Both the position numbers and the translations under genes were made by a program. From a virus: a stretch of DNA of 38,585 nt. The DNA lies in the IMG/VR virus record IMGVR_UViG_3300045988_036717; one strand, given 5' to 3'. Below the pieces are notes generated by a model. The model was not told where the DNA came from. It worked only from the letters and a program-made list of their open reading frames with translations, and did no database searches. Below, one piece after another: positions 13,837-21,970 of this stretch (the first letter of the stretch is position 1; the number at the start of each line of letters is the position of its first letter).

Positions 13837-13865
13837 ATTTTATCATCATAATGCGATTAAGTCAA
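13837..13865 (-). promoter_or_regulatory. Predicted promoter of the replication unit
   Basis: The minus strand reads TTGACT (13865-13860), a 17-nt spacer, then TAAAAT (13842-13837). Confidence 0.5.
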
Positions 13866-14260
13866 CACATTTTGCCGACTTTCGTTTCTATTTGAAACTT
13901 CTTGATGTCTTTACTCGTAACGATGCTGATTGTGTAATCTGGATATTTGTATTCAAACAGTTTTTGCTTTAACCGGAAAACGTCCGTAATTACCGCTGTA
14001 GAGCCTTTTACATCTTCAATAATGATTATATCACCATCACACAAGATGTACCTGAAATCGGCTTTATACACGGTTTTACGCCATGTCTTGCCATTCTTCC
14101 TGAATGACGGTATAAGTTCATACTCAGGTTGTAGTTCCAAATCACGAATAACTCCTGCACGTTCAAGAATCTTCAGCTGTACATACCGTTCAGCTTCGAG
14201 CTTTGAATCAAACTTAATGCCATCTGCAACCGTCTTCGTATTGTGATACTTTCTGTACAA
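13862..14260 (-). CDS. DUF1064-like protein (PD-(D/E)XK-fold, resolvase-like)
   Basis: YHNTKTVADGIKFDSKLEAERYVQLK...YKADFRY...IIEDVKG. The start is a TTG with a GAGGTGA SD. Confidence 0.65.
   Translation of the reverse strand: MYRKYHNTKTVADGIKFDSKLEAERYVQLKILERAGVIRDLELQPEYELIPSFRKNGKTWRKTVYKADFRYILCDGDIIIIEDVKGSTAVITDVFRLKQKLFEYKYPDYTISIVTSKDIKKFQIETKVGKMC
13884..13898 (-). promoter_or_regulatory. GTTTC-N5-GAAAC motif copy (perfect arms)
   Basis: The plus strand reads gtttctatttgaaac. It lies 18 nt upstream of the TTGACT -35 and overlaps the last codons of the DUF1064 gene. Confidence 0.6.
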
Positions 14261-14270
14261 TTAAGTCACC

Positions 14271-14594
14271 TCACAGATAGTTTTTCCCGAAAATGTCAAT
14301 GAACTCGCTTGTAGTCAATCCATACTCGGCCATGGCTCTTTTTTGCCCAAGTTTTTTAAGGTGCATATCAAATTCATGGCCCTTACTGCAATGCACACCA
14401 TACTTAGACATGTTGTGATCTTCAGGTTTGATGAATACGACAAGACCATACTTAATTGATTTTTTGCGGTTGGCAGTGCCGAAAAAAATTTCATGCCTGA
14501 CAGTTCCATATAACCGTTTTGAATAATACTGATAACAGTGTTCATTCGTTAAGAACATGCCTTCATGCATGATGCATAACTCTTTCTGAATCAT
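14271..14594 (-). CDS. Conserved-looking phage protein, function unknown
   Basis: RHEIFFGTANRKKSIKYGLVVFIKPEDHN...GVH...MHLKKLGQKRAMAEYG. The start forms an ATGA overlap with the dUTPase stop. Confidence 0.55.
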   Translation of the reverse strand: MIQKELCIMHEGMFLTNEHCYQYYSKRLYGTVRHEIFFGTANRKKSIKYGLVVFIKPEDHNMSKYGVHCSKGHEFDMHLKKLGQKRAMAEYGLTTSEFIDIFGKNYL

Positions 14595-15004
14595 TTTCCG
14601 CTACTTCCGAAACCTTTATCACCACGCTCTGTATTTTCATCCAATGAATCCACGATGTGAATACCACCATAAAACACTGGAATAACAACCAACTGTGATA
14701 TTTTGTCTCCTGCATGCACCAGATAGTTTTCATCCGAATTGTTATACAGTTTCACCAGAATTTCGCCTGTATATCCTTCATCAATCAATCCTGTTGATGT
14801 AATGCCGTGATTGACGTTCAAACCACTTTTAGAAACCAACAGCCCTGCCGTTCCTTGTAGCAACTGAACATGCAATCCAGTATGAAATAAAGCACTACTG
14901 TGTGCCTTTACAAGCCTTGTCTCACGTGATCTTATATCTAATCCTGCATCAGTTTTGTGCGCTCTATTCGGCGCATACGCGCCTTTTTCAACGTAAATAT
15001 TCAT
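14591..15004 (-). CDS. dut: dUTP diphosphatase
   Basis: The motifs AGLDIRS, GLIDEGYTGEI and C-terminal RGDKGFGSSG are present. Confidence 0.9.
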   Translation of the reverse strand: MNIYVEKGAYAPNRAHKTDAGLDIRSRETRLVKAHSSALFHTGLHVQLLQGTAGLLVSKSGLNVNHGITSTGLIDEGYTGEILVKLYNNSDENYLVHAGDKISQLVVIPVFYGGIHIVDSLDENTERGDKGFGSSGK

Positions 15005-15460
15005 TTATTTTTTCCTCATTTCTATGTACTTCAATTTCGCAACCTCATCTGGCGTAAGTACAGGTATGCCTTGTTCTTCACAATCTCGAATCAGTCCATC
15101 CAGAAGGACGGAGAACTCTTTTGAATCCATATCCGAACTTCCTTTGTAAATCTTGTAATGTGTGAACTCTTTCCCGTCAAGATCACTTTTACCGATTGCT
15201 TCATAATACCTAAAATAGCCATCAACTTTTATGTCTGACCTGACCGACACAACCTCACACACACTGTACCGCTTGAGCATCATGAAATGCACTTCTTCAC
15301 TGCTAAATCTCATAACACTTGCCAACTGGTTGAGTAAAGACCAGTAGTACGCATTGGCTGTGAGTGATCTTTTCGATTTCTTCTCTTTTATCTCGTACAG
15401 CTTTTCTGCGTCCTGCTGGTCGAACAACCATTGGATGATAGCTTTTGCATTTCCTATCAT
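15005..15460 (-). CDS. NinB/Orf-like recombination mediator (tentative)
   Basis: RSLTANAYYWSLLNQLA and SSDMDSKEFSVLLDGLIRDCEEQGIPV parallel lambda NinB (RSLDQNRKLW...; STSRMRVGEFAELLELIQ...). Confidence 0.45.
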   Translation of the reverse strand: MIGNAKAIIQWLFDQQDAEKLYEIKEKKSKRSLTANAYYWSLLNQLASVMRFSSEEVHFMMLKRYSVCEVVSVRSDIKVDGYFRYYEAIGKSDLDGKEFTHYKIYKGSSDMDSKEFSVLLDGLIRDCEEQGIPVLTPDEVAKLKYIEMRKK

Positions 15461-15473
15461 GCCGTATTACCGC

Positions 15474-15878
15474 CTAGAATGGCAAATCAGACGAATTCAT
15501 GTCGTTCCTTGTATTACCCCAACCATTACAAATATTGCTATTATTTTGACAGCTAGGGCCATCATATTGCATTTCACGCTTACGTTCCAAGAACTGAAAG
15601 CTTGTCGTGACTACTTCTGTCACATAAACCATTCTGCCGTCCTTCTCATAGTTTCTTGTCTGAATGTGCCCAGTCACTCCAAATAAGTCGCCTTTATGAA
15701 CATATCGTGCGATTGTCTCCGCTGCTTTGTCCCATGCAATGCAGTTGATAAAGTCTGCACCGTCTTCCTTTTTTCTTCTGTCAACTGCCAATGTGAATGA
15801 AGCAACAGGCGTTCCGTTCTGCGTTCTACGCTCTTCCACATCCTTCGTAAGCCTTCCAATCAAACTAACGTTATTCAT
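15474..15878 (-). CDS. ssb: Single-stranded DNA-binding protein
   Basis: MNNVSLIGRLTKDVEERRTQNGTPVASFTLAV is an OB-fold N-terminus, and the protein ends in a DLPF tail. Confidence 0.9.
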   Translation of the reverse strand: MNNVSLIGRLTKDVEERRTQNGTPVASFTLAVDRRKKEDGADFINCIAWDKAAETIARYVHKGDLFGVTGHIQTRNYEKDGRMVYVTEVVTTSFQFLERKREMQYDGPSCQNNSNICNGWGNTRNDMNSSDLPF

Positions 15879-16467
15879 TTTCTTTTTCCTCCAAAAATTT
15901 TTCGATTAACTCCCATGTCATGCCCTCATTTACAGGGCTGTCAATAACTTTTCTGATGCCATCCCTAAGATGTATGATCTTCAAGAATTTTGCATCAACT
16001 CCGTAGCTTTGCATCAATCCGATGCGGTACAAATTCAACTGATATGCGATCTTTTCCTTGTTTAATGTGCTGACGGTTTTAATGTCAGCAATGCCAGTTT
16101 CACCATCCATCAACATTGTCATGTCAAGCCGTCCGCATGCAATCGGCATATCATCCTTGAAAATCACAATCGGAAGTTCACTGTCCAGAACCTCGAATCC
16201 GTATTGCTTCTGCAAAAACTTAAAGTTTCGCACCGCTTCGCTTCCATCATCATAGCCCGAATTGTTGTAGTTCTCGATTGCCTTATGTACTGCCGTACCT
16301 CTTTGGGCCGCATTATTCAACACGGCAGGAGGCACGCTTGCATATTCATTTCTATACTTCGTACCAAGAATCTGCGAAACACTTGGCAACATAAGCCCAT
16401 CATACAGATATGTATGCGTTTCATCGAAATATTCAAGCGTACCGCCTTTAATGCTGAATGTCTCCAT
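15871..16467 (-). CDS. PD-(D/E)XK (RecB/Cas4-like) exonuclease
   Basis: The motifs GTAVHKAIE, GRLDM, ADIKT (D-x-K) and QLNLY (QxxxY) are present. Confidence 0.75.
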   Translation of the reverse strand: METFSIKGGTLEYFDETHTYLYDGLMLPSVSQILGTKYRNEYASVPPAVLNNAAQRGTAVHKAIENYNNSGYDDGSEAVRNFKFLQKQYGFEVLDSELPIVIFKDDMPIACGRLDMTMLMDGETGIADIKTVSTLNKEKIAYQLNLYRIGLMQSYGVDAKFLKIIHLRDGIRKVIDSPVNEGMTWELIEKFLEEKENE

Positions 16468-16781
16468 TATTTCACCGTGATGCGGATGGACGGTTTTACT
16501 GTTGAGAATTTAGCATACAAGTCGTATACGTCTGGATTCTCTTCTTTAAAAGTCTTGCTGTCAAACCTTTCTGCGTCATGTTCTGGAATGAATGCAATCT
16601 TCAGAAACTCGTTGTCAATCTTTAATACTCCATACTTCTGCATAGCATCAAGAATATCTTTCTTCATGCTGTCCTGCTGCTTCTTGATTTCTTTCGCCTG
16701 CTTCTCAAGGCTGATGATTTTCTCACATACTTCTTCAGGAACAATGATGTCTGTTCCTGCTCTTTCAATAATATTAGCCAT
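16467..16781 (-). CDS. Hypothetical protein of the recombination module
   Basis: ORF whose ATG 16781 lies 9 nt from a GGAGG SD. Confidence 0.55.
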   Translation of the reverse strand: MANIIERAGTDIIVPEEVCEKIISLEKQAKEIKKQQDSMKKDILDAMQKYGVLKIDNEFLKIAFIPEHDAERFDSKTFKEENPDVYDLYAKFSTVKPSIRITVK

Positions 16782-17061
16782 TGTTTTCATCCTCCATGTA
16801 GTCTAATTTAACAAATTGATATTTGCCGATAACTCTTTTTAACGGCTTGTCTTCTGCACCTGCAAGAACACGCAATATTTTTTCCACATCATCACTAGAT
16901 GTAGTGCAAACTGCAATCACGGTTGCCTTTCGTTCTCCGTTCTTCGTATCAACCAGAACTTCGTCACCTATCATGACACCTCTAAAAGGAGGTGCATAGA
17001 ACAGGTATTTTTTATTGTCGCCAGTGTGCTGGCATACTACAAATTGTACGTAGCTATTCAT
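16774..17061 (-). CDS. Hypothetical protein
   Basis: ORF of 95 aa that overlaps both neighbours. Confidence 0.55.
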   Translation of the reverse strand: MNSYVQFVVCQHTGDNKKYLFYAPPFRGVMIGDEVLVDTKNGERKATVIAVCTTSSDDVEKILRVLAGAEDKPLKRVIGKYQFVKLDYMEDENNG

Positions 17062-17671
17062 GACTGTTCTCCTTTCTCTGCTTCATGATTTTCCCAATCA
17101 ACTCGGAAGCTTTCGACATCGGCATATCTTCCAATTTTTCGATCTTGTTCATCTTTAACAATTTCTCAAGATTCTCGCCTGTATAGTTCTTGCTCAATAC
17201 TTCGACCTGTCTTGGTGATGCCTTGCGCTCAGTGCTGTTCGTTGCTTCATCATCATTGCCATCCGTATCTTCTTCAGTTGCCATGCCAAGGAATGCACCT
17301 AATGAGTAACGCTTTCGGTATGTGATCTCTGCTCCCTCATCCTGAAGCTTCGCACCTTCCTTAACTGCAAACGGGTAAGTGTTTGTCTCGAATACATGCC
17401 CGCTCTTGTGTACCAGAATACAGCGAACACCATTTACGCCGTTCTCATCAACTCCAATCGGCTGTAGCAAGGCAAAATTATTATTTTCTTTAATCTTGTT
17501 TAAGATATTATCAAGTGGTACATAATCAAATGCCTTGTGCATCCATTCCCCTGTTTTTCTATTTTGCACAGAATAGTTGACCTGTGCGGACTTTTCAAGT
17601 CCTCTTAACTGATTTACTAGCTCGATTAAATCAGCTGCTACGTCTTTTGTTATGTTTTCAAAACCTATCAT
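17054..17671 (-). CDS. ERF-family single-strand annealing protein
   Basis: FDYVPLDNILNKIKE...QDEGAEITYRKRYSLGAFLGMATEEDTDGNDD. I trimmed the start to MIGFENITKD. The exact start is uncertain. Confidence 0.6.
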   Translation of the reverse strand: MIGFENITKDVAADLIELVNQLRGLEKSAQVNYSVQNRKTGEWMHKAFDYVPLDNILNKIKENNNFALLQPIGVDENGVNGVRCILVHKSGHVFETNTYPFAVKEGAKLQDEGAEITYRKRYSLGAFLGMATEEDTDGNDDEATNSTERKASPRQVEVLSKNYTGENLEKLLKMNKIEKLEDMPMSKASELIGKIMKQRKENSHE

Positions 17672-17792
17672 TTTTCTTGTTTTCCTTTCTTTTTGAAACA
17701 TCTTTTGAAACATCCATTTCATACTGTTCAATAATTGCTCTTAATTCTTCTGCGTTACCGCTTTTTACAATTTCTGCTACGATTTCAAACAT
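17658..17792 (-). CDS. Possible small ORF (44 aa) between the cro-like gene and ERF
   Basis: My translation is MFEIVAEIVKSGNAEELRAIIEQYEMDVSKDVSKRKENKKNDRF. A GGGAG SD lies 8 nt upstream. It competes with the N-terminal extension of the ERF ORF. Confidence 0.3.
   Translation of the reverse strand: MFEIVAEIVKSGNAEELRAIIEQYEMDVSKDVSKRKENKKNDRF
17685..17699 (-). promoter_or_regulatory. GTTTC-N5-GAAAC motif copy (one arm mismatch) with an adjacent tandem half-site
   Basis: The plus strand reads ctttctttttgaaac, followed by atcttttgaaac at 17700-17711. Confidence 0.45.
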
Positions 17793-17796
17793 GTTT

Positions 17797-17991
17797 TCAG
17801 CTCCCAATTATTAAACTTGCATTTTCCTTACCAAATACATTGCAGAACACTTTGACAATCTTTGTAGAAGGATTATGCGTTCCCTGCTCAATACAAGCAT
17901 AATGGCTAGTCGATACCCCAAGCATTTCTGCTACTTCTTTCTGAGTATATCCCTTTGATATTCTGAATGCTTTCAGTTCTGCTCTTTTCAT
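17797..17991 (-). CDS. Cro-like XRE-family HTH regulator
   Basis: MKRAELKAFRISKGYTQKEVAEMLGVSTSHYACIEQG. The SD is AAAGGGGG. It is divergent from the CI-like gene. Confidence 0.8.
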   Translation of the reverse strand: MKRAELKAFRISKGYTQKEVAEMLGVSTSHYACIEQGTHNPSTKIVKVFCNVFGKENASLIIGS

Positions 17992-18015
17992 TTCGTGCCC
18001 CCTTTCTCTGCCTAC

Positions 18016-18043
18016 ATTATAAACCCATGTCATCAAATTGCAA
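18016..18043 (-). promoter_or_regulatory. Predicted early (cro-side) promoter
   Basis: The minus strand reads TTGCAA (18043-18038), a 16-nt spacer, then TATAAT (18021-18016). Confidence 0.55.
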
Positions 18044-18074
18044 CTACTTTTCATCTTTTTTTGATTATTTGTTA

Positions 18075-18104
18075 TTGTTTCAAATAGCTACGGTGTGTTA
18101 TCAT
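18075..18104 (+). promoter_or_regulatory. Predicted repressor-side promoter
   Basis: TTGTTT (18075-18080), an 18-nt spacer, then the extended -10 TGTTATCAT (18096-18104). Confidence 0.4.
18077..18091 (+). promoter_or_regulatory. GTTTC-N5-GAAAC-related site in the switch region (imperfect right arm)
   Basis: The plus strand reads gtttcaaatagctac. It lies within the spacer of the repressor-side promoter. Confidence 0.4.
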
Positions 18105-18138
18105 CGAAATATAAACTTTTTTAGGTGGTGTAAAAATA

Positions 18139-18480
18139 ATGATTAACAATAAAGCAATAGGAAGGAAACTCAAAGAACTGCGCAACTCCCGTGATCTTAA
18201 ACAGTCTGAGCTTGCTGAACTTGTCGGACTTTCAAGACCTGCAATATCGAATATTGAGTCTGGAAAACGTTCCTTGACTCTTTCAACTCTGAAACGTTTT
18301 TGCGAGGTTTACGGAATTGATATATCTTACTTTGGAATTGATACGTCAAGCTATGATGAAACTACAGACCTCACACTGCGCATCGAGTCTCTGTTTCACG
18401 ATCTTCCTGAACCTGAGAAGGATGAACTGTATCTGAAGATAATGAAACTGTACCTAGACAGCAAGAATGTTTCTGATTGA
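18139..18480 (+). CDS. CI-like XRE-family repressor (no S24 peptidase domain)
   Basis: IGRKLKELRNSRDLKQSELAELVGLSRPAISNIESGKRSLTLSTLKRF. It is 113 aa and lies adjacent to the integrase. Confidence 0.85.
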   Translation: MINNKAIGRKLKELRNSRDLKQSELAELVGLSRPAISNIESGKRSLTLSTLKRFCEVYGIDISYFGIDTSSYDETTDLTLRIESLFHDLPEPEKDELYLKIMKLYLDSKNVSD

Positions 18481-18483
18481 AAC
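18469..18483. promoter_or_regulatory. GTTTC-N5-GAAAC motif copy (perfect arms) at the 3' end of the repressor gene
   Basis: The plus strand reads gtttctgattgaaac and spans the TGA stop at 18478-18480. Confidence 0.5.
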
Positions 18484-18654
18484 CATCTGTCGAAAAAAAA
18501 GAATTGTCTAATTCATACTCGATTTTAAGATTTTCTTGTTCGGCATACAGATTAAACAACAACGAATATAATTTTTCTGCGTCCATATTTTCACCGCCTC
18601 TCATCGGCTAGTATGGACTGCTTTTTTTATTTTCAAACAAACGGAGGTATTTTT

Positions 18655-19989
18655 ATGAGAAAAAATCTGCGAGTGGCAGGATACGCTCGTGTTTCCACTG
18701 ATGAACAAAAGAAATATGGATATTCAATACAGGCCCAGACTGAAGAAATAACGCAATGGTGCAACGACAACGATCATGACCTGCAACATATCTACATTGA
18801 CGAAGGATTCTCAGCAAGCACCATGAAACGCCCACAGCTGCAATCCATGCTTTCAAACCTGAAAAATCTTGATGCCATAGCTTTCACACGCCTTGACCGT
18901 CTGTCACGTAACGTCCTTGAAGCTAACAAGATGTTAGAACTTCTTCAACAAAACAATGTCGCCATGATTTCCATATGCGAGGACGATATAAATACATCAA
19001 CTGCAAACGGCTTGTTTATGTTCAACCTTAAAGTCAACCTTGCGGAGCATGAATTAAAAAAAGGCTCTGAACGCATTAAAGCCGTATTTGAGTACAAGAT
19101 TGCACAAGGACAACCTATCACTGGCAACGTTCCTTTTGGCTACAGGATTGCCACAGAAAACGGAAATAAACGCATTGTAATTGATGAATCAAAGGCACCA
19201 ATCGTGAAAGACATTTTCGCATCATTTCTACTGCATCAATCAGTCCATTACACTGTAGAATACGTCAACCAGAAATACGGACTGTCTCGACCGTATATGT
19301 CCTACATGCACATATTAAAGAATGAATTTTATGCAGGATCATACCGTGGAAACGCCAATTACGCTGAACCATACATCACGAAAGAAACATACAATGCCGT
19401 TCAGACAGCTTTACAAGCCAATATACGCACAGGAATACAACGACATGTATATTTATTCACTGGACTTTTAAGATGCCCAGAATGTCGCTCTAAATTGGTT
19501 GGAGTGAGCCATCCAAAAGGCGGCAAGCGATATTATTATTACCGATGCAACAATGCACACTCGGTGCATACATGCTCCCACAAAAAGCATTATGCAGAAC
19601 TTGCAACGGAAAAATATCTGCTTTCTAATCTTGATACGCTGCTTAAAGATCATATAGCCACAATATCAAGCATCACGTCTGAAACAAAAGACACAACCGA
19701 AAAGGAATTAAAAGAATTAAGAAAAGAGCTTGATAATCTGAATTATATATTCATCAAGAAGCGCATGCCTGTAAGTACCTATGAACGTCTTTATGCGGAA
19801 ACGGAAGACAAAATAAAAAGGCTTGAATCTTTCAAACCTCAAAGCACGGACCATCTTAACCAATTTTTAAGCAGCGGTTGGCGCTCAATATATGATAATC
19901 TAACACGTGAGAACAAACGCACCCTATGGCGCAATGTTCTTGATTCTGTCCATGTTTCACCTGATGGAATAGAAGTTTTCTTCAAGTAA
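18655..19989 (+). CDS. int: Large serine recombinase (integrase)
   Basis: MRKNLRVAGYARVSTDEQKKYGYSIQAQ is a resolvase catalytic N-terminus. It is followed by a recombinase domain, a zinc ribbon (CPECRSKL...YYRC) and a coiled-coil C-terminus. The SD is GGAGG. Confidence 0.9.
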   Translation: MRKNLRVAGYARVSTDEQKKYGYSIQAQTEEITQWCNDNDHDLQHIYIDEGFSASTMKRPQLQSMLSNLKNLDAIAFTRLDRLSRNVLEANKMLELLQQNNVAMISICEDDINTSTANGLFMFNLKVNLAEHELKKGSERIKAVFEYKIAQGQPITGNVPFGYRIATENGNKRIVIDESKAPIVKDIFASFLLHQSVHYTVEYVNQKYGLSRPYMSYMHILKNEFYAGSYRGNANYAEPYITKETYNAVQTALQANIRTGIQRHVYLFTGLLRCPECRSKLVGVSHPKGGKRYYYYRCNNAHSVHTCSHKKHYAELATEKYLLSNLDTLLKDHIATISSITSETKDTTEKELKELRKELDNLNYIFIKKRMPVSTYERLYAETEDKIKRLESFKPQSTDHLNQFLSSGWRSIYDNLTRENKRTLWRNVLDSVHVSPDGIEVFFK

Positions 19990-20074
19990 AAAGCAGACAT
20001 TTCTGCCTGCCGTTTACTAGGAGAATTTCATGCCCAATGTCAACAAAACCACACCTATAATATACATCAATCAA

Positions 20075-20101
20075 TCACCGAATGCAAACGGTGATTTTTT
20101 T
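20075..20101 (+). terminator. Rho-independent terminator after the integrase
   Basis: TCACCG-aatgcaaa-CGGTGA followed by TTTTTTT. Confidence 0.75.
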
Positions 20102-20104
20102 CTT

Positions 20105-20144
20105 TACTAACATTATGTGACCTGTAGGCTATGACAAGTTAGTA
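20105..20144. other. Candidate attP core (40 bp bounded by 7-bp inverted repeats TACTAAC / GTTAGTA)
   Basis: It lies between two convergent terminators immediately downstream of the serine integrase. The inverted repeats were read directly from the sequence. Confidence 0.3.
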
Positions 20145-20159
20145 TAGAATTTTTTGCAT

Positions 20160-20194
20160 AAAAAAACAGCCCGCCGAAAACCTCCGACAAGCTG
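20160..20194 (-). terminator. Rho-independent terminator after the tail-fibre operon
   Basis: The minus strand reads CAGCUUGUCG-gagguuuu-CGGCGGGCUG (10 bp including G-U pairs) followed by UUUUUUU. A second hairpin, GCAGTG/CACTGC, lies at 20205-20226. Confidence 0.7.
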
Positions 20195-20250
20195 AGAAAG
20201 GAATGCAGTGAACATGAAAACACTGCACTCATAGTATACCATGATTTTGT

Positions 20251-21969
20251 TTAATATCCAACCACTCTAGTTATATAAATTGCATTTTCTGAAGAATATG
20301 TTGAGCCATTGTTTTTCAGAGTGATCTGATAATTCTGGCTGAATGTGATCATTGAACCCGACACATTCACAAGAGCAAACTTTGCATAGTCATAATCTGC
20401 AATATAGTGAATCGTGCCTAAATGCACAAGTTTTCCGTTCGGGCTGAATACTTTGACACTTCCACAAGCATTATCACCAGACGATCTGTAAAAGATTTCA
20501 AGATAAGTATAATTTTCCGCACTGTCTGACAATGTGACAGTTCCTGCTGTTCCATTTGCGTTGTTGTAAAGCACCTGACCACTAAAGCACACGCCATTGA
20601 CTTCAAGGCTTTTATCGTGCTTTGGAAAACAATTCACGCCAAAACTATTTTTCTTAATATCAACATAAACGACCGGAATCCCCTTTGGAAGAATCAGATT
20701 GTAGGTTGTATTACCTAGCTTGTCCGCAACATTGATCTGTACGTTCCATTCATATTCGTTATCAGCCGTAAAATTCGTATCAGCATTATTCTGAATTGTC
20801 GTGTAAGTACTGAATGTGCTGTTTGTAACCTTCTTCGTGCGGTACTTAATAGTTACTTTATTTTTCCCGCCGATTGACGCATAATTTGCATTTACATTTA
20901 ATATACTTTCTGAATAATAGTTGCTCTTTCGGTTCAGTTTGATAATCGCACTCGGCAAGCTCCAATCATACACAAGAACCGTGATCTTTTTCTGGCCCAC
21001 ATTTCCCCTTGAATCAACGATTTTGACGGTCACTTCCGTGTCGTATGATACATTTACCACACCAACATTTATAACGCCTGTAGAGCCTTTTAACGTGCCT
21101 GTATACGCATTACCATTTACAACCGCTGTCAATGTTTTCAGCGTGGCACTGTTTAATGCCTGCGCATTGCTTACGCTGATTTTCAATGTCGAGTTATTCC
21201 TGATAATGTACTGATTATCACCAGTGATTGCAACAGTTGCCGAATTTGAATCCTCATATGAAGCATCAAGTGTCGGATTAGAATTTACAACGTGCGCAAT
21301 AATGGCACAGCTTGATGTTCCTATAACCATGCTGCCACTATACGTTGTTACAGCAATTTCTCCGGTCATAGAATTGCTGTTTGGCATTTGTGCATAAAGA
21401 TTAGATGCAATCCTGTCTGTATCAAGTGTAATATTATCTGTTACACCTGTGCCGATTGTATAGCTGTATGAACCCAACTTCAGCACCACTGTATGCGTAA
21501 ATACTGTTGACTTGCGGTTCATATGTACAACAATAGTATCTCCGATATTAAAGTCTGGAGAATTGTTCGGCCATGTATTCAAACTTGGCTGTGATGCTCT
21601 GCCAATATTCGGAAGACTCCAACTTCCAGAACCTTTGCAGTTAACAGCCGATGTATAAATTGCACATTCTGCATATGCGCTGAAACTCTTTGCACCGTTA
21701 GTATCGTGACCGATTGCAAGCTCTCCAGATGCCACAATCGTTCCAGTGTATAACTTAATTCTAGTGTTTGATTGATAAACAACAGTGCCGTTTACAGTAC
21801 ACTCGAAAGGGCCTGCCATGTACCAATAGCCTGACTTGATTCCTGCACCCTTCAACGTCCACGAAATGACAGACTGATTGTTTACTGTGCTTTGACTTTT
21901 TAATGACCAGTCGAATTGTAAGCATGCACCATCATAAGCTGATGTTTTGAATGTTCCTGATGTCGCCAT
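20251..21969 (-). CDS. Tail fibre / receptor-binding protein (last late gene)
   Basis: It is 572 aa, rich in Ser/Thr/Asn/Gly, and follows the Tal gene. I have only a weak recollection of siphovirus DUF859-type proteins. Confidence 0.6.
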   Translation of the reverse strand: MATSGTFKTSAYDGACLQFDWSLKSQSTVNNQSVISWTLKGAGIKSGYWYMAGPFECTVNGTVVYQSNTRIKLYTGTIVASGELAIGHDTNGAKSFSAYAECAIYTSAVNCKGSGSWSLPNIGRASQPSLNTWPNNSPDFNIGDTIVVHMNRKSTVFTHTVVLKLGSYSYTIGTGVTDNITLDTDRIASNLYAQMPNSNSMTGEIAVTTYSGSMVIGTSSCAIIAHVVNSNPTLDASYEDSNSATVAITGDNQYIIRNNSTLKISVSNAQALNSATLKTLTAVVNGNAYTGTLKGSTGVINVGVVNVSYDTEVTVKIVDSRGNVGQKKITVLVYDWSLPSAIIKLNRKSNYYSESILNVNANYASIGGKNKVTIKYRTKKVTNSTFSTYTTIQNNADTNFTADNEYEWNVQINVADKLGNTTYNLILPKGIPVVYVDIKKNSFGVNCFPKHDKSLEVNGVCFSGQVLYNNANGTAGTVTLSDSAENYTYLEIFYRSSGDNACGSVKVFSPNGKLVHLGTIHYIADYDYAKFALVNVSGSMITFSQNYQITLKNNGSTYSSENAIYITRVVGY

Positions 21970-21970
21970 A

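Noticed and set aside
16204-16806. A long plus-strand ORF of 200 aa. Many other plus-strand ORFs lie opposite minus-strand genes, for example 29335-29676, 33388-33771, 36935-37276 and 8804-9160.
   Set aside because: They lie antisense to genes with clear motifs or coupled starts. They have low-complexity, Ser/Phe/Leu/Cys-rich translations typical of shadow frames, and they lack an SD. Only 18139-18480 and 18655-19989 are credible plus-strand genes.
18371-18604. A minus-strand 77-aa ORF between the repressor and the integrase.
   Set aside because: It overlaps the 3' 110 nt of the well-supported repressor gene on the opposite strand, has no SD, and is Cys/Ser-rich in the overlap. The non-overlapping part alone would be about 40 aa.
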